From Candidatus Aminicenantes bacterium (GTDB lineage Bacteria > Acidobacteriota > Aminicenantia > Aminicenantales > UBA4085): a stretch of DNA of 64,000 bases. The notes below the pieces were generated by a model, which saw only the letters and a program-made list of their open reading frames with translations, did not search any database and had not been told where the DNA came from. Below, piece after piece: positions 8,555-18,101 of the stretch (the stretch's first letter is position 1; every line of letters starts with the position of its first letter). The stretch covers positions 15,763-79,762 of the forward strand of contig CAWDOL010000010.1 of NCBI GenBank assembly GCA_963803915.1, read 5' to 3'. The position numbers were made by a program, and so were the translations under genes.

Positions 8555-10237
8555 TCAGCGCGAGTCGGCCGCGACTTCAAGCGTGTGCGGGCCCGGGTCG
8601 GCTTCGATGACCAGGACGGAAGCGCCGCCGGCGCCGGGTTCAAGTCGGATGGCCGCTGGGCGACCGTCCAGGCGTGCTTCGACCCGTCCGGAGCCGGTCC
8701 TCTGCGGGAGCCTCCAATCCGCCGGCCAGGCCAGGCGGATGGCCGTCCGGCCGGGCCAATCGGTATTCCAGCTCAGCCCAAGCCGGGCCGCCGCGGCCTC
8801 GACCCGTAAGCGATAAGCCGCAAAACGGCCGGCGGCCGGTACGTAAACATGGACGGCGCCGCTCCTGCCGTTCAGGCGCGGTTCCAAGGTCAGGCCCGCC
8901 GGCGAGAGGGTGATCCCGTAGAGGCCCTCGAAGAGGGCTTTGCCCAAGCTCCCTGCGCTGCCCGAGAAGCGGGGACTGCCCCGGCCCCTTCCGCGCGGAT
9001 CGTCCCATTCGAAAAGGCCTTGATTGGCCGCGGCCTTGCGGGCGATCTCGAGCAGGGCGGCTTCGCCGCGGGCCGGCTCGTCGCCCCGGAAAAGGGCCAG
9101 GACAAGCTTGCCGCCGAACCAATCCCATTGGCCGCCGTTCTGGTACTCGTAAGGCTCGTCCACCATGGAGTGTCGGAACGTCCCGGCCGGGTAGGGCGGG
9201 AGCATCGTCCCGCTGATCGTCGAGATGCCGTACTGCTTCTGCCGGGCCAGGGCGGCGGCCACGATGCGCCGAGCCTTGTCGGGCGATGCCAGGCCCGAAT
9301 CGACCGCTTCGGCGTTGCCGCCCATGGCGAAGAGGGCGTCCTCATCGAAAGCGTGGCGGAGCGGTGTCACGTGAATGTGGACGCGATAGAAGCCCGGGCC
9401 TTCCTGCCACAGTGCGCGGTCGGTCCGCCGCCGGATGTCCGATGCGCGAGCCTCCCAGTCCGTTGCCTCGCGCACCCGGCCGCGCAGGCGAAGCATCCGG
9501 GCCAGCCCCAGGGAGGCGCGATAGAACTGGGCTTGGTCGTAGATATCGGCCGTCCAATGCGTCTCGGGGCCGGTATCGGTCGCCCCTTGGCCGGCCTCCT
9601 CCATCTCCACGTCGCCCCAGTCGATGGTGTGGGCTCCTCTGACGAGACCCGTGCCGGGGTCGCGCCGGCGGTTCCAGACGTGGCTGATTGCACGGGTCAG
9701 GCGGTCCAGGACGGAGGCTCCATCGACGGGTGTACCGAGCCAGTCGGACCCGACGAGATCCGTGATCTGGACCGCGGCGTGGACGGCACTCGTCTCCTGA
9801 TCCGTCTCGACGGTGTTCTTGTCCGCGCGCCCGCGCGAGTCGATCCAGTCCTGGAGCCCGCCGTCGGCGTCCTGGCGGCCGAGGTGCTCAATCAGCCAGC
9901 TTCGCAGGTAGGGCAGGGGATAGAAGAAGCGGGAGGCGGGGATGATGGTCGCGGCGTCGCGAAGCCAGATCTGCGGGTATACCGTGCCCGCCGCGAAGCC
10001 CCGCACGAACCCGGTTTGGCCCCGGAAGGAGGTCCGGTTGCCGTCGAGTGTCGAACGGATATAGAAGAACAGACGCTCGATCTCCGGGATGGCATGCTCG
10101 ATCCGTGTAAATGCCCCCGGAGCGAGCATGGGATCGGCGTCGACGACGACAGATCCCCCTCCCGCGGCGGAAAAAGCCGCGAGCACGAGCGCGACCGTCG
10201 CTACGGCCAGTCGTTGTCTGGGGCTCATCGTAGACAT
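8555..10237 (-). CDS. secreted six-hairpin (alpha/alpha)6 glycosidase-like protein, GH family uncertain
   Basis: Track ORF 8555..10372. I prefer Met at 10237 (MSTMSPRQRLAVATVALVLAAFSAAGG, a signal peptide). YPQIWLRDAA, ETDQETSAVHAA and YEYQNGGQWDWFGG blocks resemble glucosidase/debranching-type toroid folds. Confidence 0.6.
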   Translation of the reverse strand: MSTMSPRQRLAVATVALVLAAFSAAGGGSVVVDADPMLAPGAFTRIEHAIPEIERLFFYIRSTLDGNRTSFRGQTGFVRGFAAGTVYPQIWLRDAATIIPASRFFYPLPYLRSWLIEHLGRQDADGGLQDWIDSRGRADKNTVETDQETSAVHAAVQITDLVGSDWLGTPVDGASVLDRLTRAISHVWNRRRDPGTGLVRGAHTIDWGDVEMEEAGQGATDTGPETHWTADIYDQAQFYRASLGLARMLRLRGRVREATDWEARASDIRRRTDRALWQEGPGFYRVHIHVTPLRHAFDEDALFAMGGNAEAVDSGLASPDKARRIVAAALARQKQYGISTISGTMLPPYPAGTFRHSMVDEPYEYQNGGQWDWFGGKLVLALFRGDEPARGEAALLEIARKAAANQGLFEWDDPRGRGRGSPRFSGSAGSLGKALFEGLYGITLSPAGLTLEPRLNGRSGAVHVYVPAAGRFAAYRLRVEAAAARLGLSWNTDWPGRTAIRLAWPADWRLPQRTGSGRVEARLDGRPAAIRLEPGAGGASVLVIEADPGPHTLEVAADSR

Positions 10238-10397
10238 CTTAAGGGGTCGGGTCTCAACATTCAACATTTCCCGATGTCGTGGAGGAGCTTCGGCCAAATC
10301 AACCGACTTTCCGGCGCCGGCTTGGAACGATCCGGGGAAGAAATGTCGAATCCCAGCCGGGACCATCGCCAAGGGCTCAGGTGTTGAGACCTGACCC

Positions 10398-11390
10398 CTA
10401 GCAGATTCTTGGCAGGAGCTCGGAGGTCAATGGCTCGAGGAGACGCAGGCCGCCGGACGCGGTCCGCAGCAGGAGCTCGCCGGGCCGGCCTTCGCCCGCG
10501 CCCACACGGCCGATGATGCGGGCCTTGCGGCCCAGAGGGTGGGCGGCGAGCTTGCGGACGATGGCTTCCCCTTTCCCGGCCGGCGCCACGATCACGGCCC
10601 GGCCTTCGCAGGCCAGGTAGAGCGGGTCGATGCCCAGGATCGCCGCCGCGCCGCGGACGGGCTTGGAGAGGGGAATCTCCGCCTCCTCGATCAGGACGGA
10701 GAAGGGCAGCTCATCGGCCAGCTCGGACAGGACGGTGGCCAGGCCTCCCCGGGTGATATCGCGCATCCAGAGGGCGCCGGCTTTCCAGATGGGCAGTAGA
10801 AAGTTCAGCGGGGCGCAGTCGCTCTTGGCCTTGCTTTCGAAGCCGAACTCGCCCCTGGCGGTCAGGATGGCCAGGCTGTGCTCGCCCAGGGTGCCCGTGA
10901 CGATGACGGCATCGCCCTTCCTGATCTTCCGGGGGGCGGGATCGGCGACGATGCGGCCCAGCCCCGCGGTATTGATGTAAATGCGGTCACCCTGGCCCCG
11001 TCGCACGACCTTGGTGTCGCCGGTCACGATCCTGACGCCGGCGGCGTCCGCGGCCCGGCGGATGGAGCGCAGGACGCGGTCGAGGAGAGCCCATTCCAGG
11101 CCTTCCTCCAGGATCAGCCCGAGCGAGAGGTAGAGGGGCTTGGCCCCGGAGACGACCAGGTCGTTGACCGTCCCGTTGACGGCCAGGGTGCCGATGTCGC
11201 CGCCGGGAAAGACCGGCGGATCGACGACGTAGCTGTCGGTGGTGAAGGCGAAGCCCTCGGGCAGGCGGCCGGCGTCCAGGAGGGGGGCCAGCAGGGAATT
11301 GCGGAACGCAGGCAGGATGCGGCCGGCGATGAAGTCGCGCATAGCCTGGCCGCCGTTTCCGAGGTCGAGTCCGATCCGATCGTTGCTCAT
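10398..11390 (-). CDS. hypE: [NiFe]-hydrogenase maturation protein HypE
   Basis: Starts MSNDRIGLDLGNGG (ATG 11390, ATGA overlap with the hypD stop). PurM-like fold blocks, and it ends in the HypE-specific ...LPRIC. The upstream 300 aa of track ORF 10398..12302 are spurious. Confidence 0.92.
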   Translation of the reverse strand: MSNDRIGLDLGNGGQAMRDFIAGRILPAFRNSLLAPLLDAGRLPEGFAFTTDSYVVDPPVFPGGDIGTLAVNGTVNDLVVSGAKPLYLSLGLILEEGLEWALLDRVLRSIRRAADAAGVRIVTGDTKVVRRGQGDRIYINTAGLGRIVADPAPRKIRKGDAVIVTGTLGEHSLAILTARGEFGFESKAKSDCAPLNFLLPIWKAGALWMRDITRGGLATVLSELADELPFSVLIEEAEIPLSKPVRGAAAILGIDPLYLACEGRAVIVAPAGKGEAIVRKLAAHPLGRKARIIGRVGAGEGRPGELLLRTASGGLRLLEPLTSELLPRIC

Positions 11391-12496
11391 CGTTTGCGTC
11401 CGTACTTGTGGAATGCCAGGCAGGCGCCCTCGGCGGAGACCATGCAGGGACCGTGCGGGCTCTCGGGCCGGCAGGCGCGGCCGAAAAGGGGGCATCCGGG
11501 AGGCTCGATGATCCCCTTGAGGACGTCGCCGCAGCGGCATCCCGGCAGGTCGGCGTCCTTCCCCCCCAGGTGAAGGCCGTAGCGGCGCTCGGCGTCCTGT
11601 GCCGCATACGCGTCCTTGAGCCGGAGGCCGCTGCCCGGGATGAGGCCGAGCCCGCGCCAAACGGCATCCTTCACGGTCAGGATCTCCGCCATCGCCGCCC
11701 TGGCCAGGGGATTGCCGTCCGGGGCCACCGCGCGGGCGTACATGTTCGCCACCCGGGGCTTTTTCTCGGTCATCTGTTCCAGGACCGAGACGACCCCAAG
11801 GAGGATGTCCGTCGGCTCGAACCCGGCAATGGCCCCGGGCAGACCGAACTCCTCGGCCACGAAGTCGTAAGCCCGCGGCCCGATCACGGCCGAGACATGG
11901 CCCGGATAGAGAAACCCGGAGATGCGGGCGTCCCCGGCCTGCAGGATGGCTCGCAGGGGAGGAGGGATGAGCCACAAGGCGGTCAGGACGGAGTAATTGG
12001 CGACACCCTCGCGGGCCGCCCGTCGCGCCGTCAGGGCGATGGCCGGAATGGTCGTCTCGAACCCGGCCCCGAAAAAGACGACGTCCTTGTCGGGATTCCG
12101 CCGGGCCAGCTCGAGCGATTCGACGGGGGAGTAGACCACCCGCACGGATGATCCCCTGGCCGGTGCGGCGCTTTGCAGCGATCCGCGGCGGGTGGGCACC
12201 CGGGTCATGTCGCCGAAGGCGGCCAGAATCAGGTTCTCGCGATCCGAGACGAGGCCCAGAGCGGCTTCGTGGACGTCGTCGGGGGTGATACAGACCGGGC
12301 AACCCGGCCCGGCCACCAGGCCGATGCCGGCCTCCTCGAGTCGGCTCTTGAGGCCGCTGCGATGGACCGCCATGGTGTGGGTGCCGCAGACTTCCATCAG
12401 GCGGCAGTCGCGGCCGAGGGAGCGGCGCAGCGCGGCGGCGCGGCGCAACAGGCCGTCCACCGCGGCCCTGCTTTTGGTGAGGTCGGTCTTGGTCAT
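11387..12496 (-). CDS. hypD: [NiFe]-hydrogenase maturation protein HypD
   Basis: Start MTKTDLTKSRAAV at 12496, 1 nt after the hypC stop. Motifs MEVCGTHT, GPGCPVC, GFETT and the C-terminal CxxxxxxC...C block. Confidence 0.92.
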   Translation of the reverse strand: MTKTDLTKSRAAVDGLLRRAAALRRSLGRDCRLMEVCGTHTMAVHRSGLKSRLEEAGIGLVAGPGCPVCITPDDVHEAALGLVSDRENLILAAFGDMTRVPTRRGSLQSAAPARGSSVRVVYSPVESLELARRNPDKDVVFFGAGFETTIPAIALTARRAAREGVANYSVLTALWLIPPPLRAILQAGDARISGFLYPGHVSAVIGPRAYDFVAEEFGLPGAIAGFEPTDILLGVVSVLEQMTEKKPRVANMYARAVAPDGNPLARAAMAEILTVKDAVWRGLGLIPGSGLRLKDAYAAQDAERRYGLHLGGKDADLPGCRCGDVLKGIIEPPGCPLFGRACRPESPHGPCMVSAEGACLAFHKYGRKR

Positions 12497-12497
12497 G

Positions 12498-12737
12498 TCA
12501 GCCGAGGAACGAGGCGTCCTTGTCGGCCACCTCGCGCAGCAGGTCGAGCGTCTTGCGGGCCTCGTCGTCGTCCAGCCGGGAGATGGCGAACCCGGCATGC
12601 AGAATAACCCAGTCGCCGATGCGGGGCTCTTCGATAAGGGCGAAATCGGCCGCCACTTTGGTCCCCAGATGATCGACCCGGCCGATCTTGGTGGCGGGAT
12701 CGATATCCACGATGCGGGAGGGAATGCCTAGGCACAT
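12498..12737 (-). CDS. hypC: [NiFe]-hydrogenase maturation chaperone HypC
   Basis: 79 aa beginning MCLGIP (HypC signature N-terminus). Confidence 0.9.
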   Translation of the reverse strand: MCLGIPSRIVDIDPATKIGRVDHLGTKVAADFALIEEPRIGDWVILHAGFAISRLDDDEARKTLDLLREVADKDASFLG

Positions 12738-12807
12738 AGGATGGTCCTTTCTCCGACAGGATAGCAGAAGTCGCCCCTATAGTCTATCAAACCGGTCGGG
12801 TTTGCGG

Positions 12808-12837
12808 TTGACCGCAAGCGCCGGGAGGGCCTATAAT
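12808..12837 (+). promoter_or_regulatory. sigma70-like promoter TTGACC-N18-TATAAT, 8 nt before the uppS ATG (leaderless or near-leaderless)
   Basis: TTGACC at 12808-12813, TATAAT at 12832-12837, ATG at 12846; no Shine-Dalgarno between them. Confidence 0.5.
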
Positions 12838-12845
12838 GAGCGCCT

Positions 12846-13620
12846 ATGCTCGAAGCGTGGAAGGGCCATCTCGAACCCGGCAGCGAAGAGGAAGGGCTGG
12901 CGCGGGACATCGACCCCGGTCGTCTGCCCGCCCACGTCGCCGTGATCATGGACGGCAACGGCCGCTGGGCCCAGGCCCGCAATCGCCCCCGGGTGGACGG
13001 CCACCGGGCGGGCATCAAGTCGGTTAAAGAGATCGTCGAGACGGCGGCCCGGACCGGCATCCGTGTCCTGTCCCTTTACGCCTTTTCCAAGGAGAACTGG
13101 CGGCGGCCCCGGCGCGAGGTTTCCACCCTGTTCAGGGTCCTGGAAGAGTACCTGATCAAGGAAGACAAGCTCCTGACCAAGAACGACTTGCGGCTCAAGG
13201 TCCTCGGCCAGAGGGAAGGCCTGCCGGCCGGCCTCCTCCGCCAGCTCGACCGGGTCGAGGCCCTGACCGCGGGTAACGCCCGCATGACCGTCGGCCTGGC
13301 CCTCAATTACGGAGGCTCGGGCCGAAATCGTAGACGCCGTACGCGACATTCTGCGCGAAGGCCGTCTGCGCCCGGAAGACGTGGACGAGGACGCCATCTC
13401 CAGCCGCCTCTACACGGCCGGGCTGCCCGATCCCGACCTCCTGATCCGGACCAGCGGCGAGATGCGGGTCTCCAATTTCCTGCTCTGGCAGATCGCCTAC
13501 GCCGAGCTCTGGACGACACCCGTTCTTTGGCCGGACTTCCGCAAGCTCCACTTCTTCAAGGCCATCCTCGACTACCAATCCCGCGAGCGCCGCTTCGGCG
13601 ACGTCCGGCCTTCCCGATGA
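12846..13620 (+). CDS. uppS: undecaprenyl-diphosphate synthase; one +1 frame change near 13318 in this sequence
   Basis: N-terminal part sits in the frame of track ORF 12846.. ([12 protein letters not shown] ... LALNYGG). The C-terminal part sits in the frame of ORF 13381..13620 ([22 protein letters not shown]...). Removing one base at GGAGGC[T]CGGGCC restores NYGGRAEIVDA. Length mod 3 = 1. Confidence 0.85.
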
Positions 13621-14423
13621 GCGATCGCGAGCGTATCCCCACCGCCGTGATTCTGCTGGCCATCCTTCTGGCCGTCGTCCAGTGGGCCCCGGCCTGGGGC
13701 TTTTTCGTCCTGATTCAGATGCTCATCGTGGCCGCCTTGTGGGAGTTCTACAACCTGGCCCGCCGCCGGCGGCTGCGGCCGCAGCGGCTGATCGGCCTGG
13801 CCGCGGCCCTGTTCATAGGGGCCTCCTTCCTCTTCCCGGAATTTCCTCTGGAGCTGGCGCTTTTCCTTGGCCTCTTAGCCGCCGGCGTATACTTCGTGGC
13901 CGCCTGCAACACCGTTGAAAAGCTGGCGGTCTTCCCCTCGGCTTTTTCCCTGACCATCTTCGGCGCGGTCTATGTCGCGCTGCCCATGAACTACCTCTAT
14001 TGGACGCGGATCGTGGACGGCCGTGAAGGCCTCTTGTTCCTTTTCTTCGTCATCTTCATGGGCGATACGGGGGCTTTCCTGATAGGAAAGTCGATCGGCA
14101 GGCATAAGATGACGCCGCTGGCCAGCCCGAAAAAGACCTGGGAGGGTGCCGTCGGCGGGCTCCTCTTCGCCCTGGCCTCGGCCGTGGCGGGGAGGTTCCT
14201 CCTCTTCCCCTCCGTCGGCCTGGCCGCCGCGGCGGCCTGCGGCGTAGCCGTCCACGTCGCGGCCCAGCTCAGCGATCCCCTGGAATCCCTGTTCAAGCGG
14301 GCGGCCGGCGTCAAGGATTCGTCCAACCTGCTCCCCGGCCACGGCGGTTTTCTCGACCGTTCCGACAGCTTTCTGTTGGCGGCCCCCGTCTTCTACTATT
14401 TCGTCCGCCTGTTCTGGAAATAA
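13617..14423 (+). CDS. cdsA: phosphatidate cytidylyltransferase
   Basis: ATG 13617 in an ATGA overlap with the uppS stop. Multi-TM protein with SPKKTWEG and [11 protein letters not shown] signature blocks. Confidence 0.9.
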   Translation: MSDRERIPTAVILLAILLAVVQWAPAWGFFVLIQMLIVAALWEFYNLARRRRLRPQRLIGLAAALFIGASFLFPEFPLELALFLGLLAAGVYFVAACNTVEKLAVFPSAFSLTIFGAVYVALPMNYLYWTRIVDGREGLLFLFFVIFMGDTGAFLIGKSIGRHKMTPLASPKKTWEGAVGGLLFALASAVAGRFLLFPSVGLAAAAACGVAVHVAAQLSDPLESLFKRAAGVKDSSNLLPGHGGFLDRSDSFLLAAPVFYYFVRLFWK

Positions 14424-14429
14424 CCGGTT

Positions 14430-15596
14430 ATGCGGCGGATCTCCCTCCTCGGCTCGACCGGCTCCATCGGACGCTCGACCCTGGATGTCGTCCGCCGGAA
14501 CCGCGGCGGGTTCCGGATCGCGGCCCTGGCGGCCGGATCCAACCTGGCCCTCCTGGCGGAACAGGTCCGTGAGTTCCGTCCCCGCTTCGTCTCCGTGTCC
14601 CGGCCCGAGGATGCTGCCCGTCTGAAGTCCCTGCTCGGCCGGATTCGTCTCGAGGTCGCCTCGGGCCCGGAGGCCGCCGTCGAAGCGGCTTGCCGTCCCG
14701 ATGCCGATCTGGTCGTCTCGGCCATCACCGGAATCGCCGGCCTCCGTCCCACCCTGGCCGCCGTGCGCGCGGGCAAGACGGTGGCCCTGGCCAACAAGGA
14801 ATCCATGGTCGTGGCGGGCAAGTTTCTGCGTCGCGCCGCGGCCCGTTCCGGGTCGGTCATCCTGCCCGTCGACTCCGAACACAGCGGAGTTTTCCAGTGC
14901 CTGGCCGGCCAGAATCCGCGGCTCGTGCGTCGCGTCATCCTGACCGCCTCGGGCGGTCCGTTCCTGCGCACTCCGCTCCAGCGGATGGCTTCGCGCACCG
15001 CGAGCCAGGCCCTGCACCACCCGCGCTGGCGGATGGGCCGCAAGGTGACGGTCGATTCGGCCACCCTGATGAACAAGGGGCTGGAGCTCATCGAAGCCCG
15101 CTGGCTGTTCGACATCGGGCCGGAGCGCCTGGACGTGCTGGTCCATCCCCAGAGCGTCGTCCACGCCCTGGTCGAGATGCGGGACGGCTCGATGCTGGCC
15201 CAGCTCGGCCCGACCGATATGAGGATTCCGATCCAATACGCCCTGACCTACCCGGACCGCCGTCCCTCGGCCCCGGCCCCGCTCGACCTGGCCTCGGTCG
15301 GACGGCTGGATTTCCTGCCCGTGGAGGAGGCCCGCTTCCCGCTGTTCGTCCTGGCCCGGGCCGCCCTGGCCGCCGGAGGCAGCACCCCGGCCGCTCTTAA
15401 CGCCGCCAACGAGGCGGCCGTGGAGGCCTTCCTGGCCGGCCGGATCGGCTTCGGGGCCATCGCCGACGTCGTGGCCGCCGTCTTGGACGGCCACCGTCGT
15501 ACGGAGCCGTCCGGACTGGATGACGTCTTCGCCGCGGACCGCGAGGCCCGGGCCGCGGCCGCCCCAATCATCGCCCAAAGGACCCGCCATGGCTAA
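14430..15596 (+). CDS. dxr: 1-deoxy-D-xylulose-5-phosphate reductoisomerase
   Basis: 388 aa; LGSTGSIG, LANKESMV, PVDSEHS and HPRWRMG blocks. Confidence 0.95.
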   Translation: MRRISLLGSTGSIGRSTLDVVRRNRGGFRIAALAAGSNLALLAEQVREFRPRFVSVSRPEDAARLKSLLGRIRLEVASGPEAAVEAACRPDADLVVSAITGIAGLRPTLAAVRAGKTVALANKESMVVAGKFLRRAAARSGSVILPVDSEHSGVFQCLAGQNPRLVRRVILTASGGPFLRTPLQRMASRTASQALHHPRWRMGRKVTVDSATLMNKGLELIEARWLFDIGPERLDVLVHPQSVVHALVEMRDGSMLAQLGPTDMRIPIQYALTYPDRRPSAPAPLDLASVGRLDFLPVEEARFPLFVLARAALAAGGSTPAALNAANEAAVEAFLAGRIGFGAIADVVAAVLDGHRRTEPSGLDDVFAADREARAAAAPIIAQRTRHG

Positions 15597-16920
15597 CCTG
15601 CTCGGAACCATCCTGGCCTTCGTCATCGTCTTCGGTGTGCTCGTCTTCGTCCACGAATTCGGCCACTTCTTCATGGGCAAGCTGATGGGTGTGCGGATCG
15701 AGGTCTTCTCCTTCGGCTACGGCAAGCGCTTGTTCGGCTTCCGCAAGGGGTATACCGACTACCGGGTCAGCCTCCTGCCCCTGGGCGGATACGTCCGCTT
15801 CCTGGGGGAGGGGGTCTTCGAGCCGGGGCGGACGCTGGCGCCGGACGATTTCGGGGCCAAGGCGCGCTGGCGCCGGTTCCTGATCATCGCCATGGGGCCG
15901 ATCATGAACATCCTGCTGGCCGTGGCCATCGTGGCCGGCATCAACATGGTCGGCGTCTCGGTGCCGGTCTACCAGGACCAGGCCCCGGACATCGGCTGGA
16001 TCGACGCGGGATCGCCGGCCGAGAAGGCCGGACTGCGCGAGAGCGACCTCATCCTGGCCATCGACGGGCGTCCGGTCAAGACCTGGACGGACGTCGAGAT
16101 CGCGGTGGGCACGCGGCCGGAGCGGGACCTCAAGCTGGCCATCCGGCGCGACGGCGCGGAGCTGCCCGTCACCCTGACCACCGAAAGCCGGACCAAGTAC
16201 GAGATGGGCTATGCCGGCTTCTACGGCAAGGTCCTGACCGAGATCCGCATGGTCACCCCGGATTCGCCGGCCGAGAAGGGCGGCCTGCTCCCCGGCGACG
16301 TCATCCTGGCCATCGACGGCAAGCCGGTCTATTTCTACAAGTTCATCCAGACCTTGGAAGCCAATCCCGAGGTGCCCCTGGCCTTCACCGTGCGGCGGAG
16401 TGGAGGGGAGGCGGCCCTGACCGTCACGCCGCGCCGCGAGGGCAAGGTGGGCAAGATCGGCGTCCTGCAGGCGGCCGAGTCGGGGCTCAAGAAGTTCGGC
16501 TTCTTCGCCGCCCTCAGCGAGAGCTATAAGGAGAACCGGCGGCTCGTCTTCCTGGTCGTGGATTTCCTGAAGAACGTGGTTACCGGGCGGACCTCGGCCC
16601 GCCAGATCGGCGGCCCCCTGGAGATCGCCAACTTCTCCTACGCCGCCCTGAAGATGGGCTTCCTGGCCCTGATGAGCTGGATCGCGCTGATCAGCCTGCA
16701 GCTGGGCGTGCTCAACCTGTTCCCGATCCCCGTCCTGGACGGCGGCCAGCTCTTCGTCCTGATCATCGAGGGCCTTTTCCGGCGCGACCTCGGCCCCAAG
16801 GCCCGCCAGATCTGGATGCAGATCGGGTTCGTCCTCTTCGTCCTCCTGATCGGCTTCGTCCTGATGAACGACATCGTCAAGAGGCTGCCCAACGGCTGGG
16901 CCAGCCTCTGGCCGTTCTGA
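15589..16920 (+). CDS. rseP: RIP metalloprotease RseP (M50, two PDZ domains)
   Basis: Start MANLLGTILAF at 15589, in-frame inside track ORF 15520..16920. HEFGHF motif, PDZ regions and a C-terminal NLFPIPVLDGG block. Confidence 0.92.
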   Translation: MANLLGTILAFVIVFGVLVFVHEFGHFFMGKLMGVRIEVFSFGYGKRLFGFRKGYTDYRVSLLPLGGYVRFLGEGVFEPGRTLAPDDFGAKARWRRFLIIAMGPIMNILLAVAIVAGINMVGVSVPVYQDQAPDIGWIDAGSPAEKAGLRESDLILAIDGRPVKTWTDVEIAVGTRPERDLKLAIRRDGAELPVTLTTESRTKYEMGYAGFYGKVLTEIRMVTPDSPAEKGGLLPGDVILAIDGKPVYFYKFIQTLEANPEVPLAFTVRRSGGEAALTVTPRREGKVGKIGVLQAAESGLKKFGFFAALSESYKENRRLVFLVVDFLKNVVTGRTSARQIGGPLEIANFSYAALKMGFLALMSWIALISLQLGVLNLFPIPVLDGGQLFVLIIEGLFRRDLGPKARQIWMQIGFVLFVLLIGFVLMNDIVKRLPNGWASLWPF

Positions 16921-17000
16921 GCCCGGGCGTTGCGCGGCGCGGGGGGAAGGGGGACGGCTCTCCCTCTCCGCCGGGCTTTTCTGATATAATCGGTCGGAAT

Positions 17001-18101
17001 ATGACACACGAAGACTCTCTTTTCCCCCGCAGGACCACGGCCGGATTGGCCGTAGGATGCATCCGGATCGGCGGCGGGGCCCCGGTCTCGGTCCAGTCGA
17101 TGACCAAGACGGACACCCGGAACGTCCGGGCGACGCTTCTCCAGATCCGCAGGCTGGAGAAGGCCGGCTGCGAGATCGTCCGGCTGGCCGTTCCCGACGC
17201 GGCCGCGGCTGAAGCCCTGGGCCGGATCAAGGCCCGGACCTCCGTTCCCCTGATCGCGGACATCCACTTCGACCACCGGCTGGCCTTGGCCTGCCTCGAG
17301 GCGGGAGTGGACGGACTGCGGATCAACCCGGGCAACATCGGCGGTCGCCGCCGCGTTGAAGCGGTAGTCAAGGCGGCCCGCGAGCGCTCCGTCCCGATCC
17401 GCATCGGCGTCAACTCGGGCTCGCTCGAGAAGGACCTCCTGGCCCGCCACGGCGGGGCGACGGCCGAAGCCATGGTCGCAAGCGCCCTGCGACACATCCG
17501 GATCCTCGAGGATCTCGACTTTCGGTTGATTAAAGTTTCGCTCAAGGCCTCCGATGTGCCGCGAACGCTTCGGGCTTACCGCCTCTTGGCAGCCTCATGT
17601 CCCTATCCCTTCCACGCCGGGATCACCGAGGCCGGGCTGGGGCTGGACGGCGCCGTCAAGTCTTCGGTCGGCTTGGGGCTTCTCCTGGCCGAGGGGCTTG
17701 CCGACACCATCCGGGTCAGCCTGACGGCGGCACCCGAGCTCGAGGTCCGCGTCGCTTACCGGATTCTGGCCTCTCTGGGCCTGCGGAGCAGGGGGGCGAC
17801 GGTGATCTCCTGCCCGACGTGCGGACGCTCCGAGACCGCCCTGGCCGGAATCGCGGGGGAGGTGGACAAGGCTTTGAGCCGCCTCGACCGTCCCGTCACG
17901 GTGGCCGTCATGGGCTGCATGGTCAACGGCCCCGGAGAAGCCCGGGAAGCCGATTATGGGGTGGCCTGCGGGCGGGGCACCGGGGTGCTCTTCAAAGCGG
18001 GACGCATCCTGGCCAAGGTGCCGGAAGCGGAGATCGTCCCGGCGCTTCTACGGCTCATCGCCGAAGACGAGCCGGGCCACGGACGAAAGGACAAGCCATG
18101 A
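17001..18101 (+). CDS. ispG: HMBPP synthase (flavodoxin-dependent)
   Basis: 366 aa; VQSMTKTDT, RINPGNIG and SCPTCGR blocks. Extended -10 TGaTATAAT at 16982-16990, 10 nt before the ATG. Confidence 0.95.
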   Translation: MTHEDSLFPRRTTAGLAVGCIRIGGGAPVSVQSMTKTDTRNVRATLLQIRRLEKAGCEIVRLAVPDAAAAEALGRIKARTSVPLIADIHFDHRLALACLEAGVDGLRINPGNIGGRRRVEAVVKAARERSVPIRIGVNSGSLEKDLLARHGGATAEAMVASALRHIRILEDLDFRLIKVSLKASDVPRTLRAYRLLAASCPYPFHAGITEAGLGLDGAVKSSVGLGLLLAEGLADTIRVSLTAAPELEVRVAYRILASLGLRSRGATVISCPTCGRSETALAGIAGEVDKALSRLDRPVTVAVMGCMVNGPGEAREADYGVACGRGTGVLFKAGRILAKVPEAEIVPALLRLIAEDEPGHGRKDKP

